NCBI RefSeq assembly: GCF_009834535.1
Contig: NC_045696.1
Span: 77,812,001-77,876,000 of the forward strand
Direction of reading: 5' to 3'
Length of the DNA stretch: 64,000 nucleotides
From: Camelus ferus
Taxonomy: Eukaryota
Shown: positions 1 to 14,399 of the stretch, in pieces
Layout of the letters: every line of letters starts with the position of its first letter
How positions within the stretch are numbered: the first letter of the stretch is position 1
The notes under the pieces: generated by a model
What the model was told of the DNA's origin: nothing
Database searches by the model: none
What the model saw: the letters and a program-made list of their open reading frames with translations, nothing else
Position numbers and translations under genes: made by a program

Positions 1-2003
1 AGATTATCCTAATTTCAATCATTTGGCTTAGAGCCAAGTAGTATAGGACAACGAAAATCTTAGTCTTCAGATTCTCAGGATTTATTCATTTTAGATATTT
101 GAATAGCTCCAACTGGTATGTAATTGGTCAGAAGATAGCTAGAATTTATATAGATTCTTTTGGGGTTTTAAGTATCCTTATTCAGCATCTGCTACATTAA
201 ATAAAAAAATGATTTCAATATTTCTATTTATTTTCTGGGGCCTTGATATGTTTAGCAAATACAAACTGAGCTATCACCATAAATGAAAGATAATTATTCA
301 GATATAAACATGGATATTTCACAAGCTGCCAAAACTTCTTTCCATACATTGAGTGTTTTGAAAGGCAAGTAAAAGGAAAGCCTGAATCTTTAAGAGCAGA
401 TTTAATTTGGTGCCATTTGATTCAGATCATAAAATTTTTTAAAATGATATAATATGTAATAAATAAAACCAATTTGTCACCAGCAGTAACTTTTAAAGTG
501 CACCTACTTAAAATTAAATAAGATTATATTGAACTTTATTCCCCACTGAATTAAGCAATTAATTCCAGGAATTTCTAACATATCATCGGTATATGCTTGA
601 ATCCTCACCTGTGAGAGATGATACAATGCATTATGTTCATCAGCATATGCTTGTAAGTCAATAAAGTGGAATAAAAACGAGACATAAGCAAAGAGGAAAT
701 TTTAATATTATTGTGTAATGCATGCTTCACATCTTGTTATACTTTTATTAAATATTTAGCTGCTAACATAGAACTATTAAGACTGTGCGGCAAGAGAACA
801 CATTTACAGAACATTTCTTTAACAACTTATAAAAAAGAAACATGTAGATTTTGACAAGCACGTAATATGGTAAATCTCAGTAATATGAAAGTATAGCTGT
901 ATATTTCAACATAAAATGAATGTTCAACGTTTTAAAATAGCAATAGTGGGAATAAAGTAATTTAATAGGCAGACTTGCCCCTAGTCATTTGCAAACTACT
1001 GAAAATTTGCATGTAAAATTTAATACTCTATTTTCCTTTTCACTAGAGGCCTTATTGAAGAGAGGAAAAAGAGCAAATGTGAAGAAATCATACATTAGTG
1101 AGCATATTGTTCTTCTAGAAACTTCAAATAAAGGAATAACAACACTTTACTCCATTGCATTTCCAATGGACTTCATATTTCTACCTAACAAACACTTTCT
1201 TAACAATCATTCTGATGCCTGCTTTTGTGTTACACCTACAAAAAGTTTGGTTATAAGCAGTTATTATTCCTAATATATATATAGTATATAAGTAAGTTAT
1301 ATATTTTACATATTAAAAAATTACAGTTCATATAGACACACAGTTTTAAGCTAAAAAATGATACAATGTAAGCTATAGGCATACTGATGTACAGCCATAA
1401 AAATTCCACATTTTCCACAGAACAAAATTACTAGAGGATACCTAGAGAAAGAATTCCTTCCTGTACAGATTTTGTTATATATGAAGTGGTACATCAGAGA
1501 ATAATTCACACTTTAAGAGCGATGACACTTCCCAATTTCAATGAGACCTTTAATTTAATTGTATGAGGCAAGATCTAAAGACTACAAAGTGTTCAAGGAA
1601 AATGTGACGCCAGAAAATTTTGTCCCTCAATAGCTCTTTCACATCTCCAGCTGAAAAAAAATAAGGGGGTCTGACCAGAAATCCTAGAAGATAATGTATT
1701 TCCGGTCACTGCTATTTTAAAACGTGGAGCATTCATTTTATGTTGAAATATATGGTTTCTCGCTTAGGCAGCATCCTCTCTGATACTCTCTAAAACCCGG
1801 GGTTGCTGGGACCTCGTTTCCTCATTGCCTCTACTTTAAGCACAATCACTCCTAAAGCATCCGTCTCCTCCCTAGATGAAGGATCTCATCATTATTAATT
1901 TTTCTGGGTTGCCTGGTTCAGCTTATTGAATTTTCAAGTATTTCCTGCAGTTAAGCAAAATTCACCACCACCTCACCAAATGCATCATTCAGTCAGTGGC
2001 AAG

Positions 2004-2004
<1 letters not shown>

Positions 2005-2056
<52 letters not shown>
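2005..2056 (+). repeat. (AC)26 microsatellite followed by a short (TC)n
   Basis: Uninterrupted AC dinucleotide run read directly; it explains the THTHTH ORF at 1926-2129. Confidence 0.98.
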
Positions 2057-2059
<3 letters not shown>

Positions 2060-4299
2060 CTCTCTGTGTCTCTCTTCTCTCCAGATGGATTCTGTATCAA
2101 AAATGCTTTCTTTCAGATCCAATTCCTAATTATTCCTCCTTATGAGGAATTATGAAACCTCCACCAAATAAAATAAAAAAAAAACCATTTTAGGACAGCT
2201 GGGAGTTCTTTAATATCCTCTCTCTGTTTGAAAAGCTGTTAACCATTAAACCAATCTGGTACCTGTGTTTCTTCCAAAGGAGGTGGCACCAGTCCAATGT
2301 TCTAGGAATGTGTGCGCTTCCCCTAGAATGCCATAAATCTAGACAGTCCTGCTTAACAAAGTCTCTGTATTTGCTGCCTTATTTGAAGTTCCCACCCCAG
2401 AAATGTTGAATTAATAATCACTGTACAACCAGAGATTATTACTTCTTTGCCCTTTGTTGTTTATTTCAAACATGTTACTGAGGTCAAAGCACTCTATTCT
2501 GTCCAGGCAGATTAAGAACATTCTTAAGATCCTTCCTGAACCATCCCAATATAGGGTTTATAATCACATCTTTCCTACATAAAGAATTAGAATATCAATC
2601 AATAGCCTTCAAAATACATTTAGCAATAAAGAAACTTGGTTGTATTTTTGCTTTACATAGGACCTATAAACAATAAATGTATACTGTTTGCCTTCATATT
2701 TGGTCACACCTAAACAAGTCACTACCTTGTCTTAGAATCCACCTACTGTCATGAACCTTGAAATAAAACATTGATGCCTCTTTTGTCTATTCTCTGAAAC
2801 CCAGCATTTATTTGCCTTTTTATATCCAGGTCTCCAGGGTAGTTGAACCAGTTGTCTTAGACTAAGTTTACACCAAAAGTCCTATTATGTTTTCCAGAGC
2901 CTCCCAAATACTTCAAAAATACCATGTTGATAGCATGTTTTCTGACTACTATGCTCAAATTGTCAGTGGCTATCTGTGGCCCTCCCTGTCAACAAATAGC
3001 TCACAGCATGATAGAATCAAAAGAAGACAGAATTTAAAACCATATTGGTGGTACTATATTTAAATAATGATACCAAAATAGAATTGGAAAATAGCCAATG
3101 TTATATAATGCACAAACTATTTTTAGCCATATAAAATATTTTATCATGAGCTTGGTAGCTCCATTATTATTGCTGCTATTATTAGCATTTAAATAAAAAA
3201 TTATCATCTAAATATCCATTTAAAATTGTTTAAAAGAGGATCTTACCTCCATGGCTCAGAGTATGTTTCAGCCTCTAAAATGCAACGTGACAAGGGAGAC
3301 CCAGCCCAGTCTGAACCTAGATTAAAATGGAACAGAAATCTCCAGAGTTCCTTTAATTACCTGGAACTACCCTGTCAAAGTGGGAAACTGCTTTTACAGA
3401 AACAGTTTAGTCTGATGAATTTTCTAGGGTCACAAATGCAAGAGTGCCTTAGGTGTAGACGAGCAGTTTTCCATTAATTTTCAGACCCCAATGTATATTT
3501 ATCAGTAACAAGAACTCATTAGGCAAACAAAGGAAAAGCTTCTCAGAGTCTCCAGAGGGAAAGACCAGAAATGGTATAAGCAGACTTAACAGTGTCCATC
3601 CTGTTACACTTTGAATTAAACCCCTTAAAGCCAGTATGTCTCTTCCAGTTTTAAATTACTGGTCTAGACCCCAGAGGTGTGGGAAATACTGCAAGAAATT
3701 GAGTGCTGTGGCTGACAGAAAAAAAATGTTATTTAATAATGTATACCTTCAACTATTGCTGATGATTTCGACTGGAATAATAAGCCCTGTTTGGGAGGAA
3801 AATTGAAAACAAAGAGTAATCAGAAGAGAAATTCATACTACAGTGGAAGTAGGAGGTTAGAAATGCTGGGATCTACTTAGATGATACAGAGAGCAGCATT
3901 AATTACTTGTCAAAGAATAAAAATCAAATGTGTTCAACCATAAACCCTTCTTCAAATTAGACATATCAGCTGTGTAAAATAAGTATTCTCCAAAATGGAA
4001 ATAAAAGACAGCTCTACTTTATCAAAAAGAAGCTATACTCTAATTCTTGTCAAGTATTTATGTAGAAGCAAATCGAATCACCTACTTCAGAAAATCTCAA
4101 AGTGTAACATACAATTTTCAGTACAGACAGCATTTCCACAATTTCAATAGCTACTGAGGCATGATAAAAATTCTGGATCTCATTTACTCTATGAAATGTA
4201 TATAACGTTATATTCCCATGAAATAAAACTACATTTAATTTTGGCAAGGGGTTTGAGTTTAGATTATTTGTGAGTATTCTTAAAAGACTCAGTGAAACT

Positions 4300-4480
4300 G
4301 CTGTTATCATTTGCCAGCTCTGTAACTCTGGGTAGAGAGCTTTAACTATCTATGACCCACCTAATCACAAACTGAGATTAATAATAGTACTTACTTCCTA
4401 GGGTTAATTCAGGATTAAAACACGTGGTAATAAACTATTAGTGAAAAATGTTGTTCCCGAAATGTAAGCTGTTATAACTG
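4300..4480 (+). mobile_element. MIR SINE fragment
   Basis: 'ataatagtacttacttcctagggttaattcaggattaaa' resembles the recalled MIR 3' region; approximate bounds. Confidence 0.6.
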
Positions 4481-6924
4481 TTATTTTTAACCAAAGTAAA
4501 ATTAAACACCTGATACATAATTTCCCTCATGAAAAAAATTCCATTCTTCTGTCACAGGAAGAAAAACGTGATTCAGAGCTTCAAATGGATGATGGTAGCC
4601 CCCAAAGTTCCACATCACGGTTGCATGGCATTCAACAACCGCTCCTCGAGAAATCATTACACATCTTAAAAGATACTCAGAGAGAAAAGGATGATTCATG
4701 AGGTAACGGTAATGAATGGATTTCTTTAAATTACATTCCAATTATTCAAGGGTTCACAAATGTTAAGGAGCCAGTTAGTTTTCCTATATTAATCAGAAAA
4801 TAAGGACAAGAGCTTACTTAAACATCTTTTGTTTTTCAAAGTGCTGTCATGTTTATTGTCTCCACTGAGGGTTATGATAACCTAAAATCTGTAAATCTTG
4901 AAAACTTAAGTTCTTTGAAGGCTGTCTCTGTATTGCCTATACTTAACATATAATAGGTATTCAATAAATGTGTGAAAAGATAATTAGCTCTAATTACGAA
5001 TATTAGTGTACAATAAGAAGAATGAGAAATCAAATACTCTATGTCTTACGGTTAGTGGTAGATCAGAGATTTCAAATTTATATTCTGATTCTCTCTGAAA
5101 CACCACACTGTCCCTGGAGATAGGATACTCCAGTGACACAGTAAATTCATTACTATGAAGACAAGTTAGATAAGCTGTCATTGTGAACACAAATGATGTA
5201 AGTACAAATATATAGGAGATTCTTAGAAACAGCATACACATAGAGTATTCACAATGCTCTAAATAATTTAAAGGATACATTTAACACACAGAGTAGGGCA
5301 TAAATCAAACATAAATAAATTGTAATGTCAGTTAAAGGAAAGTAACCCAGTGGTAGATGTGTAAGTAAAATACTCATAGCCAATTTCACTTGCGGTTTGT
5401 ATTTTGGCTTTTCCGCTCTTAACAGAAGGGGTGGAGTGAGTACTATGTATCAAGTAATGGAAATGGGCTTACATGTCATGTTGTAGAACTACGTGACAGA
5501 AGAAAAAGGCAACATGCAAGGGAAAATAATTAAACAATGATCTCCAAAATTTTCATGTACGGAGTCTCCAAAGTCTATTTGAACTACACTATCAATAAGA
5601 GAAAAATTTTAAAACATATTAATTCAGAAGGAGAGCAGAGCCCAATTTTCCTAGATGGCTAGACAATCCTGAGAGCTAGCTGTCTTTGGGAACACGATGC
5701 AGGCATTCCTTTCTTCGGGATGTGGTGCGAATAATAACCAGGACACTAGAATCGCTCTATGAGCCCTTGATTCTGTTAATTCCCTTGTTTGAGCCACCCA
5801 CTCATTCTTTAAAATGCTAGTAAGGTATCATCCCCTCAGTCAACATGAGTCACACCTTCCTCTGCACGTTTATTCCTCCACTAGACTTCTCATCACACTG
5901 TACCACAGACCAAATCATTATGGAGTTCTGACCTTCAAAGCCACCACAAGGACTATTTATATCTGAATCTCCGGTGTCTAGCACTGTCACTCTCAACAGG
6001 CACTTAAAACCATTATTTACCAGGCCATTCAAATACTCCAATGACATCCGTGAAGCCAGTGCTCATCAGATCACAGGGCCTTAGGACTTAATTCGCCAGC
6101 CACCACTCCCCTGCTGCCCTCTTCACTAAGCTCTCTCTACGCTGTATTACAGTCACTGCATCTGCGTTTAATTGGCCTTACCAAAGCACCAGCCACTTGA
6201 GTGCAGAGGCCTGTATTTTTTCTGTTTGTATCCTATGCAGTATAACTTGCTTGGTCTTACAGACAGTAGGTGCATAGTACAGATTCTGTTAAAGTTACCA
6301 CTAAATATATGATGATATGTAAGAGTTAATAAATAAAAGATGGAAATGCATACGTGTGTAACTATTAAAGAAGTAAATCTTTTATGTCCGTATCTTTCCA
6401 AACTGACGTATTCAGAGCACTAATATTCTTGATCATGTAGTTGGCATTTAATAGCTTAGTTCAACTTTTATTAAACTAGCAAGCCCTAGAATGCAAAATC
6501 CACTTTAAAATATGGACTGAGGTTTGCCAGCATCGGGACAGCATGACAATAAATGTTTAACATATAGTAATACAGGGTGCTTTGCATGCCAGATACAATG
6601 TTTTTATCAGTTTATCTCTTATTAAACAACCAAAGAACCAACAATATTATTCAGGCTGGTAACTGTCTGCAAATAACTGTGGAATAACTTATAAGAAAAA
6701 TATAATAGGAAAAGCAAACATAGAAATTGTGGAAATCATACATTTTCCTGATAAGACTGAAATTTAATGATATTCACTTTCAGGTATCTGAAATTTTAAG
6801 AAATTTACCATCACTATTAGATATTTAGAGACTTGGATATAAATCTAATACTTTAAAACCAACTTTACCTATCAGAGTTGCCAGTGCAGAAGTGAATAGC
6901 TACTCTAGGGCTGTTCTTACCATT

Positions 6925-7130
6925 GGACTTGATTAGGGAAATTCTTTTTAATTCCTGACTCTTGCTACTTAACTAGCTGAGTGAGGCTGTTCAAGTCACA
7001 CAAGCCTTCTCATTCTGTTTTCTGACAAATTAAGTAACACCCATTTTGCCTCTCTCATGATGATGTTAAAGAACCCAATTTGCACATGGAAACTTCTTGA
7101 ATGTTATTTGCATACAGATATTTGAAAATA
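6925..7130 (+). mobile_element. MIR SINE fragment
   Basis: 'aattcctgactcttgctacttaactagctgagtgaggctgttcaagtcac' resembles the MIR core. Confidence 0.6.
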
Positions 7131-7791
7131 TTCTTATTGATACTATTATTATTATTGTTATTCTGGAGTGCTAGGAAAAACATTCTACCCAAAAGAATCT
7201 TTGCATTGTTTGTAAATCTGTCCTTGGATATTAATTTGCTTGGAGGTAAGGCTTCCAGAGATGACTAGGCTGAATGCTAAACTGTGCAATGTCTTGGATG
7301 GGGACCAAGCAAAGAGCTAATTTCGGAAGTGGACAGACTACATAGGCAGAAATGACTTGGCTAGGTGAGCACTTATTTTTAGGCATAGCGGTGTTGAGTA
7401 GAACATGATTAGGAAGAGGAAATAAAAGGGGGCTGAGGATGTAAAAAGGAGGAAGGGAATGAAAGAGGGAGGCAGAGTGAAGACAGAAAAAGTAATGAAA
7501 GGATATATCACAAGGAAACATGAAAGACAATTCTGATTGCCTCAAATTCCAAGTGGAGAACAGTTGTGAGACAGTCTACAAATGACTTGTATGGAAAGAA
7601 AGCCATACTATATCATACAGTGATTGTAGAGATTCAAGTTTTGTGTCTATACATGGTAGAAAGAAGAGACAGGAAATGTCACGTAAAAAGAGGTGAGGCA
7701 AAGTTATTTTGAGAATAAAGTCTAGTCATGTCCACATATCTTGATCAAGACTCAGAACTGAGGCCACCTGTGTCAGTATGACTTAAATATT

Positions 7792-8441
7792 TGTTAGAGA
7801 AAATTCTTGCCAGGAAGATAGGGCTGTAAGCCAGTAAGTTAACATTACTGTTTACTTCGGGAATTTTCTGCAAATCAATTTATCCAGACAAATAATTTGC
7901 TCATTAGGGTAAAAAGCTTGTTCAGCCGAATAAGTTACTCATAAGATTAGCAATATCCTCATCTTGCTTTGTCTAGAAATCCTAAAGTTTGCCCAGTGCC
8001 AACCATTTCTGCCCCTGAAAGACTTGCCTTCACTCACTTGAGTCCAGAAGGCTGACAATGACAATTGAACTTTAGCTGAGCCCTGTCCTGCCACTCTTTT
8101 CTGGAAATCTCCCCTCACCCTGCTCTACCCTTCAAATAAGATCTCCTTCAAGATTCACTTCTTTATTTGTCTCTATATAACCCTAGGTTTTCTCCCTCTT
8201 TTTTGAGAAATTCCTCCTTAATAAAAAAGTTTTCCATATTGCAATAGCCCACATAAAACCATCTCCTTAGTTCCCCGGTCCATTTTGGGTTTAATATCCT
8301 CAAAAACCTATAAACAGCCTCCCCTGACCTCCACATTCTGTAAAGGTAGCTCTCTTTCCTCAGTTTAGTAGGTCTAATAAACTTAATTTTGTTTGATCCG
8401 TAAGTCATCCTTGTGATAATTTTGTGATTCAGCTGTCAACA
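7792..8441 (+). mobile_element. Old ERV1-class solo LTR (MER89/MER90/MER110-like, family uncertain)
   Basis: TGTT...AACA termini, AATAAA near 8376, and a 3' end 'aataaacttaattttgtttgatc' similar to the LTR at 10384-10918. No clean TSD. Confidence 0.55.
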
Positions 8442-9679
8442 TTGTCAAGGTAAGCCTTCAAAGATACAAGAGTTAGGATCCACTGCAGTAGACAGGAGGG
8501 GGAGAGGCAAGAGGAGAGAGGGAGAGGGAGCGTAGGAGGAAGATAAACATTTACGTGGAACAGTGAGTGGCTGCTCTTTGGAAATTAAATATTTCAGGGA
8601 AGCTGGCTGAAATTAAAGACATGTAAGAAATTCTCTGCTGATAGAGATGGAGGAAGAGGTTGAAGCAACATCACAGAGGCCTTAAATGATGCCAACTTGA
8701 CAAATACGCAAAGGAGTGAAGGACTATAAAATCATAAGAGGAATTTTACCTCTGCCTAGTCCTGTAACCCATTTTCTTTAGGTTTATCTATTTTCCCTTT
8801 CACCTCAAAAGTAGGACATTTGAGGGCATTTCAAGAGCACAACTGAACTGAAGTAGCTTATCAAAATATTTTAGAGTTAAGATATATTGACTGTTAACAG
8901 AGCTTTCTTTAGAGGTATTATACCTTGACTACATCCATCTGAGAGTGTAGTTCAAATTCTGTGTGAATGCATCCTCTTGTGTCTAGGAACCCCCTTAGTT
9001 CATTAAAACTTTAGAATAACAAAAGTGCCTTCTCATTCAAGAGACCACGTGTAAATTGTTGTTGGTGTTTGATGACTTTCAATACAAAGCCCCTGCAGGA
9101 ACCACCACTTCCTATCATAAGTCGTCTTCTCTCTCATTGTGTCCTTAAATCTTTTCTTGGGATTAGAGATGACTGACAGTGGCTTCCTGTCCAGAGGAGA
9201 TTAAAAACTGAGCATAAATACTGGTCTTAGAATATTTGGAAGAAAACAGAAGTCTATTCTGGCCTCCATGGTACACTCTACCACTGTCTGGGGATTAAAT
9301 AGAAATAAAATCAGTTAAAAACTGGCTGTTCAAGCTTCTTGTCCCCAGTTGACTGATGGAGACCAAAGAAACTAAAGATATTTGAAAGACACCTCAAGGC
9401 CTCTGCCTGGTTAGCCAGATCACTCTGGAGGGCTTCGCCTCATCTTCACAAGCCACATTCCTTCTTGAGGTTTTCCCATCTCAAGGCAATGCTACCAGTG
9501 CTTTTCCATTGATTTATTCTCTCTTAATTTCTTCATGGCATTTATCACTAAATTATTTCATCTTTCTCTTAGTGTTTTTACCTGATCTACCTGCCTCCAA
9601 TCCTGATGTACTATGTTTGCAATAAGCTTTGGAAAGTATTTTCTTCCTAAAGACACCTTTGGATCTTGGATTCTATCCA

Positions 9680-10383
9680 AGTGACATCACTGAAGCTGAG
9701 GGCAGGACATTTTCACTTCTTCAACAGTTGCCCTTGTTTAGTAAATGGCACTACCATTCATTTATCCTCCTGCTCAGTCCAAAAAACTTTAGACTCTTCT
9801 CTTTCACCTGTATTTCATGTCACATTTGTCAGCAAAGCCTGTCAAAATGCATCTCACAGCCTGGAAGTACCTCCCTAGTCCAAACAACCACTGTTTCTCC
9901 TGTTCCCACTGCAGGAGCCTCCTATCTGGCCTCCCTGCTGCCACTCCTCCCGGAACCGCCTATTACTCAGCCAAAGTGAGTTTGAAAACAATTATGTCAG
10001 ACCACATCAAGCACCAGTTTAAAACCCTACCATGACTTCTCCTCCCACTTCGGATAAAACCCAAACTCTTGGCCAGGCCCTCGAAGGCGCTACTGACCTG
10101 TGTCCTATGCTCGCTTGGACCTCATCTCACCATCACCGCTTGGGGCAGCTAGTCCCCCTGCTCCAGGCGTCCCAGCCTCCTTGTCCTTCCCAGCATCCTC
10201 CCACTTCAGGGCCTTGTGCTTTGTTTCCTCTTCCTGGAGACATCTCCACAAGGATCATTTGTTCATTTCATTCTGATTTCTGCTCCAATATCACTTCCCT
10301 AAAAAGGCCTTTCTGGGTGATACTAAAATAATTCTCTTACTCTCTATTCTCCTGGCCTACTTTATGTTTCTTCATAGCACTCA
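9680..10383 (+). mobile_element. L2 LINE 3' region, interrupted by the LTR at 10384
   Basis: L2-like motifs 'ggcactaccattcatttatc', 'cctccctagtccaaacaacc' and 'tttatgtttcttcatagcact'; continues at 11370-11460. Confidence 0.75.
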
Positions 10384-10918
10384 TGTTGGAAATCTGCAAC
10401 CAAAATAATTTCCTATTCCTGTGTTAAACATCATGGGAAACAGGCATATTCTCCCATCCCTGTGTTAAATAATTCTGGAGTCAAATTTACCTCCTTTCCC
10501 CTGTGCTAAATAATTCTACAGGGAAGTATAATTTTTCTTCTGTTTGAGAGCAAGGAAAACAACTTAGATGCTTAGTTGAGAAAATGCCTGCTTATGAAAG
10601 GTATGAGTGAATCATAAACAGCTTCATTATCAAGTTTTGCTCTAAGATCCTCACCTCCCTGCGCCCTTCAGTTCAAGGTAATTCTACCATAAATTTTCCT
10701 CAATGCCAATCAGTTCAGCATGTTGCAAGATCCACCTTAAAATTACCCAGTTCAGTCCTAATAGCCTATAAATATCTTGTGCCAATTTCCCATTTTGAAG
10801 TCCTACGATGGCTTTGTCAAGGTGGCACCCAACTGTAATGTAGAAATACAATGAACTTAGGTTTGTTTGATCAGAAGTATTTTTTTCTTGTGGTGTTTGG
10901 AGAGTTACCAGTTGATAA
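10384..10918 (+). mobile_element. ERV1 LTR, MER110-like, probably followed by internal leader sequence to about 11300
   Basis: Starts TGTTGGAAA, has three internal 'cctgtg(t/c)taaa' repeats and splits an L2; family from recalled consensus. Confidence 0.65.
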
Positions 10919-11369
10919 TGCTGGACATTCCACCGATACCTTAGTAAGACCTCCTCACTACTTGTGACTGAGGCTCTGGACCACCAGACTCAGAATAGAA
11001 TGCTTCCTCCCATGGCCCCTTGAGCTTCCCATTTAGGTCTCTCTCCAACTGCAACAGTGAGGTAGGCCTGAGCTCTGTTTTTTTCTGTTTGTTTGCTTGT
11101 TTTGTTTGTTTTTTTTAATGTTTATTTTGTCTGCTAGCAATGCAGAACAATTGTAAACCTTTATCTGATCCAATTTAAAAAATCATTATCCTTAGCAGAA
11201 AAATACAAAACTACTCATTTTTTTTCTGCCTGTTCTTGTCACTTTCTGTTGTGAATCTATATACCCCAAATAATTTCTCTTTGAACCATGGAGTCGACAG
11301 TCAACAGTCAACATGGTTTACTGTTTTCTTTAATAGAAAGAATGAAAGCTGTTTCAAGGATAACACCTA

Positions 11370-11460
11370 AACTGCCTTGTTCATTACGTCAGTCTGTGAT
11401 GATCACATATATATTGTTACGTAATAGGTGCTCAATAAACATTTGTTGACTAAATGAAAA
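11370..11460 (+). mobile_element. L2 3' terminus
   Basis: 'taataggtgctcaataaacatttgttgactaaatgaa' is the diagnostic L2 tail. Confidence 0.8.
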
Positions 11461-13329
11461 TCTTGTCCGATATAAAATATTTAAGAGCTAAAAAGTAAAC
11501 ATTTTAAAAAATTGTGTAACACACACCTTCTTGAATTTCTCAAATCAAAATGTCTGACTAGGGAATTATTTGAAAAATATGAATGGAGAGAAATGGAAAA
11601 ACATCAGATCCATTTATATCTGTCTATCTACATATTGTTACCTATCTGTAAATTTCAATGTTAAAATATAAGGCTTTAGTCAATGGTTGTTGGGAAGCAA
11701 CTGTGAACAAGCCTATGCCCTACGCCCTACTCTGTGGAGATCCCACTTTGTGTGTGATGTAAATTCCCTCACATCTCTTAATTTTCTCTGGGATTGGCAA
11801 ACTTGAGCCTTCTCCACCTTAGAGCTAGAATACATATATTCTGCTTCCTCAAATGTCTACTTGAAGCTAAGAGGAAAAAGAAAATGTTCATATTTTATAT
11901 CCCATTTTAGATTTTCTTAAAATTCATTAGTGGAATATTAAATTAAAATTAAAAGGCATGCATTAGTTAAAGCCAAAGAATATTTCAAAGTCAGAGGATT
12001 TTATCAACATACTAATATATTAAATCAGTAAAACCAACGGCCATCTAATTGGGATCTCCTCTCTGTATAAGTTAACACAGTATTAACTCTTCAGAAATTC
12101 CTTTGGATTATTGTCACTGACATTACTTATTTTATATTCTGTTTCCCAAAGTAATTCGATAAAACTTAATGGTGACAGTAACTTTCTGATCTAGCTTTTT
12201 AAAGTTTCACAAGCAAATGAGTATCTAAAAACCACAATTCATGGCTTGAAGTTTCAGGCATACCATCCTTGGCAGATTAAATTTGTCAAAATTATTTTTC
12301 TATACATTTACATATATAAAAGGCATCAATCTACTATACAGAACCCACCAAATAGGCCAGATATTTCTTATTCAAATAAAATTACCAGCATTTTTCTTCC
12401 AATTCTATATATGCTCAACACATTCAAATTTGTTTAGACATCAGTAAACAGGAAGTTAAACTTGTTAACCTTCCATGGTCTTTCCTAACCTCATCATTGA
12501 CATATCTTTTCTTTGAACAAATATGGGAACATCAGCTGGTGAGATCTTGGTCACAGCAACTAAATGTTCACTTCAGGAAACTAAAAGCAGGGAGTTTTCT
12601 CAACTATGTTTCTTCTCCTAGTTCTTTATACCAAGTTTACCACTAATGCAATTTTTTGACATAGTTGTGTGGTATTTTGAAAGCCACTGCTATTTTATGA
12701 TTGCTATTAATGTTGCCATTTGTATACTAGAACACTGAGGCATAGTTGTAGAAGTCAATATAACATTGGATTCATTACCTAATTGTCCTATACTTATTAT
12801 GGACATAGATAAAAATAAAACCTTCCTGAAATCAATCTCTGCTATTCCCCTACACACAAAATAAATGAAACAAAACAAAATCTCTATGCTCACAGCACAA
12901 GGTATAGTGATACAACAAATCTACAAATTCATAGGCTATCTTCTCTATATTGCTACATATCCCTGATTCATTTTAATATAAAATACAGTTTAGAAGCAGC
13001 AATGTTCAAAGAGAGTCTTACTTTACCACTGAGCTTTATATCCTTGAAAAGTTACAAATTCTCTCTGAGTTTCAGTTTCTTCATCTCTAAAAGGATAGTA
13101 ATACTGTCTATTTTTGCAAGATATTTACCCAGATACAAATGCAAATCACCTAACCTGGTGTCTGGATCATCAGAGCAGCCAAATGAATAAAATACATTCT
13201 TATCTTCAAGTTAAAATGAGTAAAGAGTAGAGGTTTATTTTCAAAATTTGCTCTACCAAGGCCCCTCAGTATGTATCCTTAAAACGTATCCACCTTTTAA
13301 TTTAAAATTTTAAATAGTAACTACTTACC

Positions 13330-13560
13330 ATGTATTTAATACATACAAATACCTCAATCCCAGCTCGCCACTAAAATCAGGCTGGATGAATAAGACTTCC
13401 TATATATTATCTTATTCAGTCGTCACAAACACCCAATGAAATGAGTATTCCTTGCTTTTAGAGGTGAGAAAATTAAGAGGCACATACGTTAGGTAATGTG
13501 GTCAAAAAGCTACTGACAACTACCCAATGTAAACCTGTTTGTCTGCCCTTTCAACTCCAA
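13330..13560 (-). mobile_element. MIR SINE
   Basis: 'ttttagaggtgagaaaattaagaggcac' resembles the reverse-complement MIR core. Confidence 0.55.
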
Positions 13561-13614
13561 TATATTTTCTCCCAAATAGTATTCCCTAGATTAGATGGAA
13601 CGGAAAGTAACTTA

Positions 13615-13815
13615 TTGTTGATAGCCTACTAGTTGCCAAATACATGGCTAGTTATTCTTGAGTTTTATTTTAAGCCCTCTTCAAGGGCTGTCTGTTGTCC
13701 TCAGATTTTTACAGAAAAGGAAACTAAAGTACGCAGAGGTCAGCCAGTAATATATGACCAGTAAGTGGCAGAGCCAAAATTCAAAATCAGATCTGTCTGG
13801 TTCCAAAGCCCATGT
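13615..13815 (-). mobile_element. MIR SINE
   Basis: 'ttttacagaaaaggaaactaaag...gtaagtggcagagccaaaattcaaaatcagatctgtctggttccaaagccc'. Confidence 0.8.
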
Positions 13816-13819
13816 ACAG

Positions 13820-14090
13820 ATGGTATGAACAGTGAAAAAAGTTGGGGCTTTGGAATCAGACCCATCTGGGATACGGTATCAGGTTTGCCATCTGTCAAAT
13901 CTATTAAATCTCGTTGGGCCTCAATTCAGGCTCCTAAAAATGGACATAACAGTGCATTTCTCATAAGTTTGTTGAAGGAATGAAATGAGATATGTATGTA
14001 TATGTGTGTGTGTGTGTGTATATATATACATATACATATAAAAAAAACCATGTTTAACAGATTGCTTAAGATCTAGCACATTTAAAGGTA
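13820..14090 (+). mobile_element. MIR SINE with internal TG/TA microsatellite
   Basis: 'ggggctttggaatcagacccatctggg...ataacagtgcatttctcataagtttgttgaagg'. Confidence 0.7.
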
Positions 14091-14399
14091 GATATTATTT
14101 CATCTGCCTCAGGAAGAAGTGAAGCCATAAGGACCGAGATGAATAAAAACACTTCTATGATACACAAATATGCCATTTTACTCCTGTTCATTTTCCCTCT
14201 TACCTTTGAATAGGGACTCGTATGTCATGTGACACTCCATTATCTCCCACAACAACTAATGTACGTACACCCACTGGAAATGGATGGGTCAGTCATCCTT
14301 TTCATTCTTGGAACTTGAGATTGAGACATCAAAAGTGTAGCTAGTCCTAGTTACAGGCATGGGGAGGGGGTGTAAGACTTTTGTAACTACTGACTGTGT

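Noticed and set aside
583..653. 17-nt direct repeat 54 bp apart giving QAYADE/QAYTDD on the minus strand, resembling the reverse-transcriptase YADD motif
   Set aside because: A 15/17 match at this distance is expected by chance in AT-rich 64 kb by my rough estimate, and no other RT motifs are correctly spaced.
13615..14090. Head-to-head MIR pair (also 31940-32340) as a dsRNA-forming unit
   Set aside because: The copies are too diverged to pair stably, and adjacency is expected given MIR density.
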